Source: Dehalococcoidia bacterium
GTDB taxonomy: Bacteria; Chloroflexota; Dehalococcoidia; UBA2979
Assembly (NCBI GenBank): GCA_965207415.1
Contig: CBDBMD010000003.1
Coordinates: 3,113,243-3,177,242, forward strand
DNA length: 64,000 bases
Reading direction: 5' to 3'
In this document: positions 18,229-27,445 of the stretch, one piece after another
How the letters are laid out: each line of letters opens with the position of its first letter
How positions within the stretch are numbered: the first letter of the stretch is position 1
Notes under the pieces: model-generated
What the model was told of the DNA's origin: nothing
Databases searched by the model: none
Seen by the model: the letters and a program-made list of their open reading frames with translations, nothing else
Translations under genes and position numbers: made by a program

Positions 18229-19497
18229 ATGGCCCGGTTGGAAGCACGGCGCTGGGCGGGCGATGCGAGCGGCCAGACACGCCGCGATCGCCGCCCCTGT
18301 GACTACGAAGTCTATATCCCCGACCCCCTTGTTGATCGGCGGTTCGTGCTCGACGGGGATGTCGCGGCCGACGTCGCGGACGCCGAGGCGGCGCTCGTCC
18401 GGCTCGACGCGGCGGCCGGCGCTCTCGCCGACACTGAGGCACTGGCCCGGCTGCTGCTCCGCGCCGAAGCGGTGGCCTCCTCGCGGATCGAGGGCCTTGA
18501 GGTGGGGGGCCGCCGGCTGCTCCGCGCCCAGGCCGCGCGCCAGCTTGGCGAGGAGCCGCGCGACATCACCGCCGTGGAGGTGCTGGGGAACATCGAGGCG
18601 ATGGCCTGGGCCGTCGAGGCGGTGCCGCCCGGGGCCGCGATCAGCGTGGAGATCGTGCTCGAGGCGCATCGCCGCCTGCTCGCCGGGACGCGCCTCGAGG
18701 AGCACGGCGGTCGCATCCGCACGGTCCAGAACTGGATCGATGGCAGCGACTACAACCCGTGTGCGGCGGCCTTCGTGCCACCGCCGCACGAACTGGTCGG
18801 CGAGCTGCTGTCCGACCTCGCCGCGTTCTGCAACGACGACTCCTTACCTGCGGTCGCGCAGGCCGCCATTGCGCACGCACAGTTCGAGACGATCCACCCG
18901 TTCGTCGACGGGAACGGGCGCACCGGGCGCGCGCTGATCCACCTCGTGCTGAGACGGCGCGGACTGGCGCCGCGCATCCTGCCGCCGGTCTCGCTGATCC
19001 TCGCCACGTGGCCCCGCGACTACGTCGCCGGACTCACCGGGACGCGCTACGACGGCGCGCCCGATTCCGAGGAAGCCCACGCCGGCATCAACCGCTGGAT
19101 CGCGCTCTTTGCGAGCGCATGCCGACGCGCCGCCGAGGACGCCGGGCGCTTCGAGGAGCGGGTGCGAGCGCTGCAGGACTCCTGGCGCGAGCGGCTCGGG
19201 CCCGTGCGCCGTGAATCGGCGGCCGACCTGCTCCTCCGCGCACTGCCCGGCGCGCCCCAGTTGACGGCCACCACGGCATCAGACCTCGTCGGCCGGTCGT
19301 TCCAGGCGACGAGTCAGGCGATCGACCGGCTCGTCGAGGCAGGCGTCCTCAAGCAGGTGACAGTCGGTCGGCGAAACCGTGCGTTCGAGGCACCCGAGCT
19401 CATCGAGGCGTTCACGGCGCTCGAGCGCCAGCTGGCGAGTCCCGAGGGCGACACGCTCGTCTCGGAGCCTGTCAGGCGCGTCCCGCGCGGGCGTTGA
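18229..19497 (+). CDS. Fic family protein with C-terminal HTH
   Basis: HPFVDGNGRTGR; inhibitory SSRIEG motif. Confidence 0.92.
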   Translation: MARLEARRWAGDASGQTRRDRRPCDYEVYIPDPLVDRRFVLDGDVAADVADAEAALVRLDAAAGALADTEALARLLLRAEAVASSRIEGLEVGGRRLLRAQAARQLGEEPRDITAVEVLGNIEAMAWAVEAVPPGAAISVEIVLEAHRRLLAGTRLEEHGGRIRTVQNWIDGSDYNPCAAAFVPPPHELVGELLSDLAAFCNDDSLPAVAQAAIAHAQFETIHPFVDGNGRTGRALIHLVLRRRGLAPRILPPVSLILATWPRDYVAGLTGTRYDGAPDSEEAHAGINRWIALFASACRRAAEDAGRFEERVRALQDSWRERLGPVRRESAADLLLRALPGAPQLTATTASDLVGRSFQATSQAIDRLVEAGVLKQVTVGRRNRAFEAPELIEAFTALERQLASPEGDTLVSEPVRRVPRGR

Positions 19498-19567
19498 CGC
19501 CGCAATCTTGAGTCCTTCGCGCGGGTGGTGGTGCCGAGTAGTACCATGCATGAACGGAGGGGCGGAG

Positions 19568-19978
19568 ATGGCCGCCATCGTCAGCAGGGATCGGGCGCGG
19601 CGAGAGCGCCTCAAGCTCAAGGAGGGCGGCGTGGACGACGAGGCCGCCACCACAATCGGGGATGGGCTCACATCCTTCAGCGAGAAACTGGATGAAGTCG
19701 CGGCGAGCCAGCGAGCCGAGTTCGCGCGCGCGAGGGAGGAGTTCGCGCGCATGCGAGCCGAGTTCGCGCGCGCGAGGGAGGAGTTCGCGCCCGTGCGAGC
19801 CGAGTTCGCGCGCATGCGAGCCGAGTTCGCGCCCATGCGAGCCGAGTTCGCGCCCATGCGAGACGACTTCGCGCCCATGCGAGACGACTTCAGCCGGCTG
19901 CTCAACATCCACACAGGCATCAGGTTGGTAGCCTTGGCGGTGGCCAGCCTCGTGATCGCCGTAGCGCTCTTCGGCTAA
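19568..19978 (+). CDS. DUF1640-like coiled-coil protein with C-terminal TM and 21-bp heptad repeats
   Basis: RAEFARM/RAEFAPM repeats at about 19710-19890; RBS GGAGG. Confidence 0.65.
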   Translation: MAAIVSRDRARRERLKLKEGGVDDEAATTIGDGLTSFSEKLDEVAASQRAEFARAREEFARMRAEFARAREEFAPVRAEFARMRAEFAPMRAEFAPMRDDFAPMRDDFSRLLNIHTGIRLVALAVASLVIAVALFG

Positions 19979-20008
19979 GGCTGGACAGCGGCCGGTACCA
20001 GGCGCAGC

Positions 20009-20063
20009 GCATCATTGGATCTGTTACCGAGGTGCTGGCGCGCGCATCAGAACGTTGTTGCCG
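20009..20063 (-). promoter_or_regulatory. Motif P copy 3
   Basis: Minus strand CGGCAAC-N7-TGATGC-N14-CGGTAAC-N8-TGATGC. Confidence 0.7.
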
Positions 20064-20188
20064 AACCGGCGGCCAGCGACGCCGCACGCGTTGCAAGTCC
20101 ACGCCCGCGCCCCGTTGTTCACGCAGACCAGCTCACCTCATGGTGGCGCCTCGGACGTACGAGCAGCGGGCAGCGGGCTCGGTCGCCA

Positions 20189-20467
20189 TCAACGCGTAAC
20201 TGCGAGCCGCAGGTCGAGGGTCTCCAGCACCCGGAACAGCGTCTCGAGGCGCGGATTCCCATCGCTCGACAGCGCCCGGTACAACGACTGCCGCCCGACT
20301 CCGCTCGCCTCGGCGATGGCAGTCATGCCGCGGGCGCGGGCGACGTCACCGATCGCCCTGGCGAAGAACGCGGGGTCCCGCTCTTCCAGGGCAGCGTTCA
20401 GGTACTCGACCATCGCCTCGTCGCTGTCGAGGAAGTCGACCACATCGAACTGCTTGAGACTCATCAC
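20189..20467 (-). CDS. Addiction-module antidote protein (HTH antitoxin)
   Basis: FDVVDFLDS...YL...GDVARARGMT...LYRALS-DGNP. Confidence 0.88.
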   Translation of the reverse strand: MMSLKQFDVVDFLDSDEAMVEYLNAALEERDPAFFARAIGDVARARGMTAIAEASGVGRQSLYRALSSDGNPRLETLFRVLETLDLRLAVTR

Positions 20468-20731
20468 CTAGCCTCCTCCAGCTGAACTGCCGTCTGCTGA
20501 GCGCGCCGGATGTCGCGCTGCTGGCTCGCCTTGGTACCGCCGCAAGGCGCGATAGTTCCTGCTCACGCGCACCGAATACACCGGGCGCCGCTTCCCCACA
20601 CGCTTGAAGTGGAGGCCGGGGTGCTGCGGGTCCAGCAGGAAGAACCGGTACGCGTCGCGCGCCTGCTGCTTCACGGCGTCCGGGATCCGGCGATAGGCGC
20701 TCCAGAAGCCTGGCAGCGTGTGGGAACGCAC
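20468..20731 (-). pseudogene. Chimeric RelE/ParE toxin remnant
   Basis: ParE-like N-terminus (DPQHPGLHFKRV...YSVRV) joined out of frame to a killer-protein tail (CGGTKASQQRDIRRA). Confidence 0.65.
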
Positions 20732-20784
20732 GCCTGCCGAGATGCATCCGATGGAGTAGGTGGGGAGCTGCCGTCGGGATGCGG

Positions 20785-20885
20785 CCAGTCAGGCTCCAAC
20801 GCAGCGGAGGACGAGGGGCCGTCCGAGCTGCGGCGTATCACGAGGACCGTCGTCGACAACGAGACGCTGTTCATGGAGGCACGGC
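20785..20885 (+). pseudogene. Second DUF4160 C-terminal remnant
   Basis: DNA similar to 17320-17418; ELRRITRTVVDNETLFMEA. Confidence 0.6.
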
Positions 20886-20896
20886 TTCTGATTCTG

Positions 20897-21257
20897 GGTT
20901 GGCAATACACCGACCACGAAGCGACGGGCTGCCCGTGTAAGCGGGCAGCCCGTCGCTCGTTCTGGCCGCGCTATTGAAGGCCCGCGCCCGCACCAACGGT
21001 GCCCCTCTTCTGTGCTCCAGGAGAGCGAATGATCACGTCAGAGGAGAACGACCGGCTCTCCCCGGGCACCGCAGGCTCGGGGTTGCGCGCGCCATCGGCT
21101 CGCGTGTCGCTTCGCGTCCTCGCGAGGCGACCGCTCGTGGAGCGCCACAGGGAAGTCCTGGCGAGCGGGATCTGGGTCGACGCGACGAAGCCAGAGCGTG
21201 GGACCTGACCGCAGGACACGACCTCAAGGAGTGAGCGGAACTCATCACTCTATGCGA
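20897..21257 (+). ncRNA. Structured element A, copy 2 (longer form)
   Basis: Homologous to 7752-8016 with two extra segments. Confidence 0.55.
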
Positions 21258-21531
21258 CTCGCCCGCGCCTCTTCCCCAGGTGGCGGCTGCAGTCCGGCTC
21301 GCTCGTTGATAGCCAGAGGCGACCCGCAATCGGGTTGCGATCAAGCTCAGGCGCGCCAGGATGGTGCGAGAGATCAAGGAGGGGTCGCTGTGCGACCCCT
21401 CCGGGGTGAGTTCCGGCGGTTGACATGCATCCGCCGGGGGCTGAGGCGGTAGGGGCGCGGCGGGGAGACCGGCCCGACAGGCGGGTGTGATACATCGGAG
21501 TCCGCCGCAGGCGGCCGCCTCGCCAGCGCCC

Positions 21532-22015
21532 CTACGCGCTGTCCGGCGCGTCCAGGTCTTCAAGGATGGCTGCGAGTCGCGGGTCGAGTACGGCGCGAAG
21601 CCGTCGCAGGGCGTCGCGCATCCATGCCTGCGTCTCGGCGAGGCGATCAGGCGGGTCGTGGATCGCGCCGTCGCGGACGAGGTTGATGCTCGAGAACGTG
21701 AAGTGGGGGTGCCTGTTCCACACCCACCGCACGTGCGGCACGTCGGCAAGCTCGGCCTCGATGTTCGTGCGGTCGGCGTGGAGCTCGTCGAAGGTGTGCT
21801 TGGTGCGGGCGTTCTCGCCCATCCGGATGCGCAGGCCGACATACGCGGCTCTCTTCCTGAATGCCGCTACATAGCCGATGCCGCGGTAGAGGCGTGAGGG
21901 AAAAAGCCGTTCCTCGTGGCCGTAGTCTCGCAAAACGCGATCGGCGAATCCCGATCGCACCAACTCGTCGATCAGCGGCTCGAAGAAGTCGTGATAGCGC
22001 TGTGCTTCCGGTCCC
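21532..22015 (-). pseudogene. DUF4268-like domain gene lacking its 5' part
   Basis: RY-DFFEPLIDEL...FDEL-A-R--IEAEL...W; no start before motif P. Confidence 0.6.
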
Positions 22016-22020
22016 CCGCT

Positions 22021-22075
22021 CGGTAACCGGGTTGTGATGCACGCGTCGCGACTTCGGCAACAAATCCAATGATGC
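22021..22075 (+). promoter_or_regulatory. Motif P copy 4
   Basis: CGGTAAC-N7-TGATGC-N14-CGGCAAC-N8-TGATGC; -10 TACGAT 24 nt later (22100-22105). Confidence 0.7.
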
Positions 22076-22099
22076 GATCCGCCACATGCGTCCATGCGC

Positions 22100-22181
22100 T
22101 ACGATGACTGTAGACACAAAGGGAGGGGATCTGCGGCGCGGTCGTACCGCGCCAGAATGGCGGGTCCGATGTTCCCCTCCC
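22100..22181 (+). ncRNA. Structured leader element C, copy 2
   Basis: Same stems as 936-996 with different loops. Confidence 0.45.
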
Positions 22182-22252
22182 TGCTGACTATCGCTACTAC
22201 TGGCGTCCGGCAACGACGATGCAACCTGCCGACCCTCGACGCCACGGCGATC

Positions 22253-22825
22253 ATGGCGATGGCCGCATTCGTCGTGCTGCTCGCCGTCGCCGTCCTGTTC
22301 GGCGGAGTTGTCGAAGCGCTTGCGCTCGGGCTCACCGGATTCATGGTCATCGTCGCGCTGCTCGAGGTGGGGCACCTCGCCACCGCCTGTTCCTCGGCGT
22401 CGGGGTCGAGCGTCTCGAGTGGCGAGGCAGGAGGTCGCCTTCCACTCGCGCGCGGCCCGGCAGCACAAGAGATTGAGGCGACGAGGGGCCAGCCACCGCG
22501 CCAGCGCTCTCAGGGTAGTGACGCAGGGGCCGGAGTTCCGGCGCCCATCTGCAAGACGCGAACGCCGACGCCGGGGAAGCTCGGCCGGTTGCCCGCGACT
22601 GGGGCACCGCGAACCGCGGTACGTCCGCGGGAGGCGTTGCGGAACCCGCAGCGCCCGTCTGCAGATCAGCCACGCAGCGGTGACGAGGTGGACTGGGTGA
22701 GGGCGCTAATCAAGGGGGACCACCGCTTCCACAAGGAGAAGCGGGAGCACAAGCGCCCGCGGGTGCTCCTGGCGGAGTGCGGTCCGGTGTCCGGAATCGG
22801 CAGACGCGGCGGCGGCCCGAGATGA
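22253..22825 (+). pseudogene. Collapsed RseP-fragment/NERD-tail remnant (paralog of 1100-3086)
   Basis: IVALLEVGH versus HEAGH; EVDWVRALIKGDHRFHKEK versus EVDEIAGLIVRDHRFHEEK. Confidence 0.6.
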
Positions 22826-23190
22826 AGGGTCGGTACTTCGCGGCATTCGGATGCTGTTTCGCGGCGGGCCTGCTACTGGGAGCGGTGCTCGGGCTCGTGG
22901 CTGTCAATGTATGGGAACACGAGGGAGCAGACGGCCCCCGGGTGACGCTCGATCGCTCCCCGGTCGTACCCGGCGCTCCGGACGGCGAATCGGCGGGGGG
23001 GTCCGGACTGGTTCGTGTCGACGTATCGGGAGACAGCGCGACCGTGGAGTCCATGCGCACACGCCACTGGGAGCCGGCGCAGCGGGTTGCCCTGTTGCTG
23101 CTCTTGATGTGGTCCCTGTTGCTGCTCTTCATTGGGTCCCTGCTGCTGCTCTGGGCGGCGTGCACGCTCGCCCGGGCGGGGTTGAGCTGA
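22822..23190 (+). CDS. Small membrane protein, paralog of 3088-3519
   Basis: Two hydrophobic segments, GPRVTLD motif. Confidence 0.6.
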   Translation: MKGRYFAAFGCCFAAGLLLGAVLGLVAVNVWEHEGADGPRVTLDRSPVVPGAPDGESAGGSGLVRVDVSGDSATVESMRTRHWEPAQRVALLLLLMWSLLLLFIGSLLLLWAACTLARAGLS

Positions 23191-23758
23191 TTTGAAGTCC
23201 TGAGCCGAGACGAGCATGAGCCGCCGTGCGCACGTGGGGATAGGTCCACCCCTCGAGCGGGTGCCGTGGAAGCGCTCGATCCTGTGCGCCCGCCAACGCT
23301 GCCCCGGCCTTCCAGGCGCTCACCACCCAATCGAGCCGCCTGCGCGGGCCTCCCGCGGTCCGCCCGTCACGGGCGCGCTCTGTCAGCGTCGCGATCGCCC
23401 CGAAGCAGGTTGCAGCCATGCACTACAGTGGTTATAGCTGTCAACAGCGCTCGGAAGTGATCCAGGTCAGCGGCTGGATGGTGATCCACTCCGGCGCCAC
23501 GATCCCTGCTGGCGTTCTTGGTGCTGATTCCTTCGTGGACCAGGTCAGGTCTGTGTTCTGTGGCGGGTCCGGTAGGAAGCGCCGCGCGTCGTGAGGATCT
23601 GGGCGTGGTGCCCGAGGCGGTCGGGCGACGCCGTGGTGAGCTTTCTCGTCGCCGAAGACCTGCACCCACTCGCTGAAGAAACCTCGGCCCGCCCTGCGGC
23701 CGCCCGACGGGCGGAGAGCAACGTACTGGGGCATGCTGGACTGCGAGGGAGAATCCCG

Positions 23759-24397
23759 ATGAAGGTCCAGTACGTCGTCGTGTATGAGCGCTGTGAAGAG
23801 AACTACGGCGGGTACGTACCCGATCTCCCGGGCCTGATCAGTACGGGCGCGGATCTGGAGGACATGAGGCGGATGATGCGAGAGGGCATCGCCGTCCACA
23901 TCGAGGCCCTCATGGATGACGAGGACCCCGTTCCGCCCGCAACCAGCTCCGTCGCCGACGCAATGGTGGAGCACGCCAGGATCCTCTCCGAGCCCCTTGG
24001 CGAGGAACTGGAAGCCCTGCTGGCCGAGGATGGGATCGAGCCGCCGGCCGACGCCATCGAGACGATCTTCAGCGTGCTCGAGGTTGATGTGGATAAGGAG
24101 CTGGCGGAGCTCGACAAGTACTGGACGCTCCTCGCCGACGTGACCTGTCCGCACTGCGGGACCGAGTACGAGGGTGGGTTCCAGGTCTACTTCATGGGCG
24201 AGACGGGCTCCAACGCCCAGTCCTACCGGATGAATCAACCCGTCGCGGAGCTTCACAGCCTGTCCGGCCGCCAGCGCGAGATGCAGTTCATGAGCGTCTG
24301 CCCGAACGATGAGTGTCGGGAGTGGGATGACTGGTGCTTCGAGGTCGAGGAGGGCAAGGTCGTGAGGGTCTGGCCACTGGACACCGCCGCCGCCTGA
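23759..24397 (+). CDS. HicB-like antitoxin fused to a zinc-ribbon domain
   Basis: YVVVYE...YVPDLPG...G; CPHCG and CPNDEC; HicA-like tail (SNVLGHAGL) just upstream. Confidence 0.75.
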   Translation: MKVQYVVVYERCEENYGGYVPDLPGLISTGADLEDMRRMMREGIAVHIEALMDDEDPVPPATSSVADAMVEHARILSEPLGEELEALLAEDGIEPPADAIETIFSVLEVDVDKELAELDKYWTLLADVTCPHCGTEYEGGFQVYFMGETGSNAQSYRMNQPVAELHSLSGRQREMQFMSVCPNDECREWDDWCFEVEEGKVVRVWPLDTAAA

Positions 24398-24585
24398 TCG
24401 GTGCAGTCCCTTCGGGGATGTCATTGGGCTGTACAGGGAATCGACGTTGGTGACAGGTTGTCGTCAGTCCAGAGAACCAAGGCAGACCAACGGAAGCGCG
24501 CCCCTACAGGCGGTACCCAGTGAACACCTGGACGGTAGTGCCCGTTCCACTGGAAGCGACACGCTGTCACCCCGGTTGGACGGCA

Positions 24586-24770
24586 TGAACGGGCAGACCT
24601 CAGACGGCGAAGAGGGGGACGGCACGGACGACGCGCAGGTCCTGACGCTGCTGCGCGAGCTGATTCAGACCGAGGGCCTGCCAGAGACGGCTGAGTTGCT
24701 GGAGTGAGCGCCCGCACGCTGCAGCGGACCACGGCGTCGGGCCAGCTCACCGTGCGCAGGGCGACTCGAG
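24586..24770 (+). pseudogene. Frameshifted HTH protein remnant
   Basis: LLRELI...AELL / VSARTLQR continues in another frame at about 24703. Confidence 0.5.
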
Positions 24771-25029
24771 CAGCGCTGCCACCTCCGCGGCGGGAGCGAG
24801 CGCGTGCGGGAGCGGCCCATGTCCCCGGAGAACCACGCCCGTGGCTGACGCACCCTCCGAAACCAGCGTGCACTACACCCATCGCGCTCACGCTGGGCAG
24901 CGGCCTGCAGTCCGCGCTGGTGGTCGTCGCTCCCGTCGTGATCACCGTCGCGATCGTCGCCCGCACCGCCGGGCAGGCCGACGCCTACATCGCCTTCGCC
25001 ACTCTTGCGACCTTCCTTGGTGGTTGAAG

Positions 25030-25887
25030 TCAGTCCGGGAACGAAGCATCTCCCACGACTGGGCGGTAGCCGAGCATGAACATGGCCGACTGGAGTGCGG
25101 AGAGACGTTGGTGCAGATCGAGTTTGCCAAACTCCCCATGAGCGGCGAGAGCACCCAACAGCCACGCAGCGATGACGTTCGAAGTCGCGTACTGCTTTGC
25201 GTCGCGCCAACGCATGTCCCGGAAGCGCAGGGTTTCGGTGGACGGATTCCTCGTGGTCCGTCCCTGGGACGGCGGAACACTCAGGGCGAGCTGTTGCGGG
25301 ACAATGGCGTGGCCGCTCTCCTCGCAATAGCGGCGCACCATGCTCGCGAGTGCGCAGGCAACCCTGCTGTCGTACATCGGGTAGTCGTCGATGATGAGCG
25401 CGTGGATCTTGCTGAAGCCCGAGTTCAGGTAGCTGACCTCGCCAAGTTGACTGAGGTCCGCCCGCTCCGGGCCGAGTCGAGCGGCGTCCGCGAGGACGAC
25501 TGTCAACGCGTCGGGCTCAAGCGTCGCCAGCGTGAAGCGGTTCTGCCTCACTCCGGCCCCGCCCCACTCGAATACGGCGTTGGCCGCCGTCACGAACGCC
25601 TGCGCGTCCCCCCGGTGGGCAGCCTGCCGAAGCAGGTCGGACAGCCGACCGAGCACGGCGAAGTTCTGGTCGAGTGTCCACCCGGAAGACTGGCTGGATT
25701 CACCAGGAAGCTGCACCCTGAACCGCCAGTCGAACGCGTGGTATGCATCGAGCAGCGAACCGCAGCCAAATGAGGCCGAGCGGCCGCTCCACTGGTGGAG
25801 GAGCGCGCGGTCTCCGGTAACGAACGGGCGAGCCCAGCTCAGGAAGGACTGCACTTCCGTGTCGGCCAGATAGGCCTCACGCTTCAT
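25030..25887 (-). CDS. HhH/OGG-fold DNA glycosylase-like protein
   Basis: VFEWGG, SGFSKI, MYDSRVACAL, AMFMLGY pattern; overlaps the mcrC stop. Confidence 0.55.
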   Translation of the reverse strand: MKREAYLADTEVQSFLSWARPFVTGDRALLHQWSGRSASFGCGSLLDAYHAFDWRFRVQLPGESSQSSGWTLDQNFAVLGRLSDLLRQAAHRGDAQAFVTAANAVFEWGGAGVRQNRFTLATLEPDALTVVLADAARLGPERADLSQLGEVSYLNSGFSKIHALIIDDYPMYDSRVACALASMVRRYCEESGHAIVPQQLALSVPPSQGRTTRNPSTETLRFRDMRWRDAKQYATSNVIAAWLLGALAAHGEFGKLDLHQRLSALQSAMFMLGYRPVVGDASFPD

Positions 25888-27445
25888 TGGCGGCCTCCGT
25901 CGCCACGGTCCCGACAGTCACCTCCAGTACCCGGCGGAGCGCAGAACGCGCCTCGTCAACGAATCCACCTGGTCGCTCGGGCAGTGCCCCGAGCGCAGCT
26001 ATGTCTTGCCCGTACAAGATCGATTCGCCGGGATAGATCGTGGCGGCGAACCGAACCACGTGTGCGTTGTCCGGTCCGCGGATCGCGTCGCGGTAAGCAT
26101 GCATCTTGTCTACGTCGGCCTTCACTGGCGTCCCGGATCCCTCGTCGTCTGCGATGAGCTTGTACTTCGGATCGAACAGCACGAACTCGGATGCACGACC
26201 GCGCCGACGCACTTCTACCGTCACGTCCGGTCTCTGGGTCAGGGAGACGCTGTGGTACTCGCCGCTCGTACTGAAATTTCGCTGCGGTGTCACGCTGACC
26301 TCGTCACCCGTAGCTGCATGTCGGAGCTGGACCAAAGGCCGCCCGCCTGGCGCCACCTCTACGAAGAGTGCCCCTGGTACGCGCCGTGCCACTCGCTGGT
26401 GTACGACCCGGTATCCCGCTTCGATCGCCTCACTGACAACCGCTTCGACCACCAGGAGTGCCCCCCACAACTCGTACAGGAACGGCACGTTTGCAAGCGG
26501 CGCATCCAACGCCGGGTCGGAGACCGTCGCCCAGACGGAGCGGTGATACTCAAGGTAGCGGTCGAGCATCGCCCGATATCGGGGCTCGCGCGTCAGGACC
26601 ATTGTTTGACGGTTCGGGCGCTGCGCGGGGAGTTCCACTTCTCTCAAGAACAGTGCTCGGTCCACGACAGCCGTGAACTCGGCTTCCAGTCTCTCCAACT
26701 CGCCGACCTCTCTCGATCCAGCGACCAGTCGGAGCCGTCGGATGCGGGCGAGCAGTTCGGTCGCGAAGAGCTTGGTCAACCGGTTCTCGTGGACGTCGAA
26801 TGTGTGCTCGACACGTTCATCGATCGCGCGCTCGGGGAGCCCTTCTCGGTCCAGATTGCCCGGCCGCATGAGCGTGCGTGCGATGCCTGCCACCGGCACG
26901 CGCCGTGCCCGGTCGCGCGGAACCCAGTGCGCCGTAGCCACGAGGCTCCGGTGAGGATCGGTCGCGATGGCCGGGAGGATGCGCGCCAAGCCAGGGCCGG
27001 AGACTGACCCGTCGATCGCGCGCCGAAGACGCAGTAGGTCCTGCGCGAGTGTCGTCTCACCGGGTGGCTGCAGGTTGATGCCCACCAGGCCACCGCCACG
27101 CTGGATGCCCACTGCGATCGACGTTGGCAGGCGGAGCGTGAGGTCTTCAAGTAACGCCGAGAGCCCCGCTTCACCGAGCTTCGCCGATTCGATCGTAACG
27201 GTCGCTTCCTGCAGCTCCCCGGCCTTGTCCAGCACGATCCGGTACGACCCCGGGCCGCTCACGTCCCAGTCGGCCAGCACCGCCGCCTGCCCGGCGATCC
27301 TGGCGGCGCGCACGGGGATGTCGCGCCCGTTCACGGACAGCTGCACCGACTCCCAGGCCTCCGCGTTGACGCCCAGATCGATGGTTGCCGGTTCCCATTC
27401 CCGTGGACCGGCGATCTCCAGACCGTCCGACCCCAAGAACCGCAT
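25877..27445 (-). CDS. mcrC: McrC-like (DUF2357 + PD-(D/E)XK) nuclease
   Basis: DVHENR, LYELW, RPDV...FDPKYK, DVDKMHAYRDAI. Confidence 0.85.
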   Translation of the reverse strand: MRFLGSDGLEIAGPREWEPATIDLGVNAEAWESVQLSVNGRDIPVRAARIAGQAAVLADWDVSGPGSYRIVLDKAGELQEATVTIESAKLGEAGLSALLEDLTLRLPTSIAVGIQRGGGLVGINLQPPGETTLAQDLLRLRRAIDGSVSGPGLARILPAIATDPHRSLVATAHWVPRDRARRVPVAGIARTLMRPGNLDREGLPERAIDERVEHTFDVHENRLTKLFATELLARIRRLRLVAGSREVGELERLEAEFTAVVDRALFLREVELPAQRPNRQTMVLTREPRYRAMLDRYLEYHRSVWATVSDPALDAPLANVPFLYELWGALLVVEAVVSEAIEAGYRVVHQRVARRVPGALFVEVAPGGRPLVQLRHAATGDEVSVTPQRNFSTSGEYHSVSLTQRPDVTVEVRRRGRASEFVLFDPKYKLIADDEGSGTPVKADVDKMHAYRDAIRGPDNAHVVRFAATIYPGESILYGQDIAALGALPERPGGFVDEARSALRRVLEVTVGTVATEAANEA

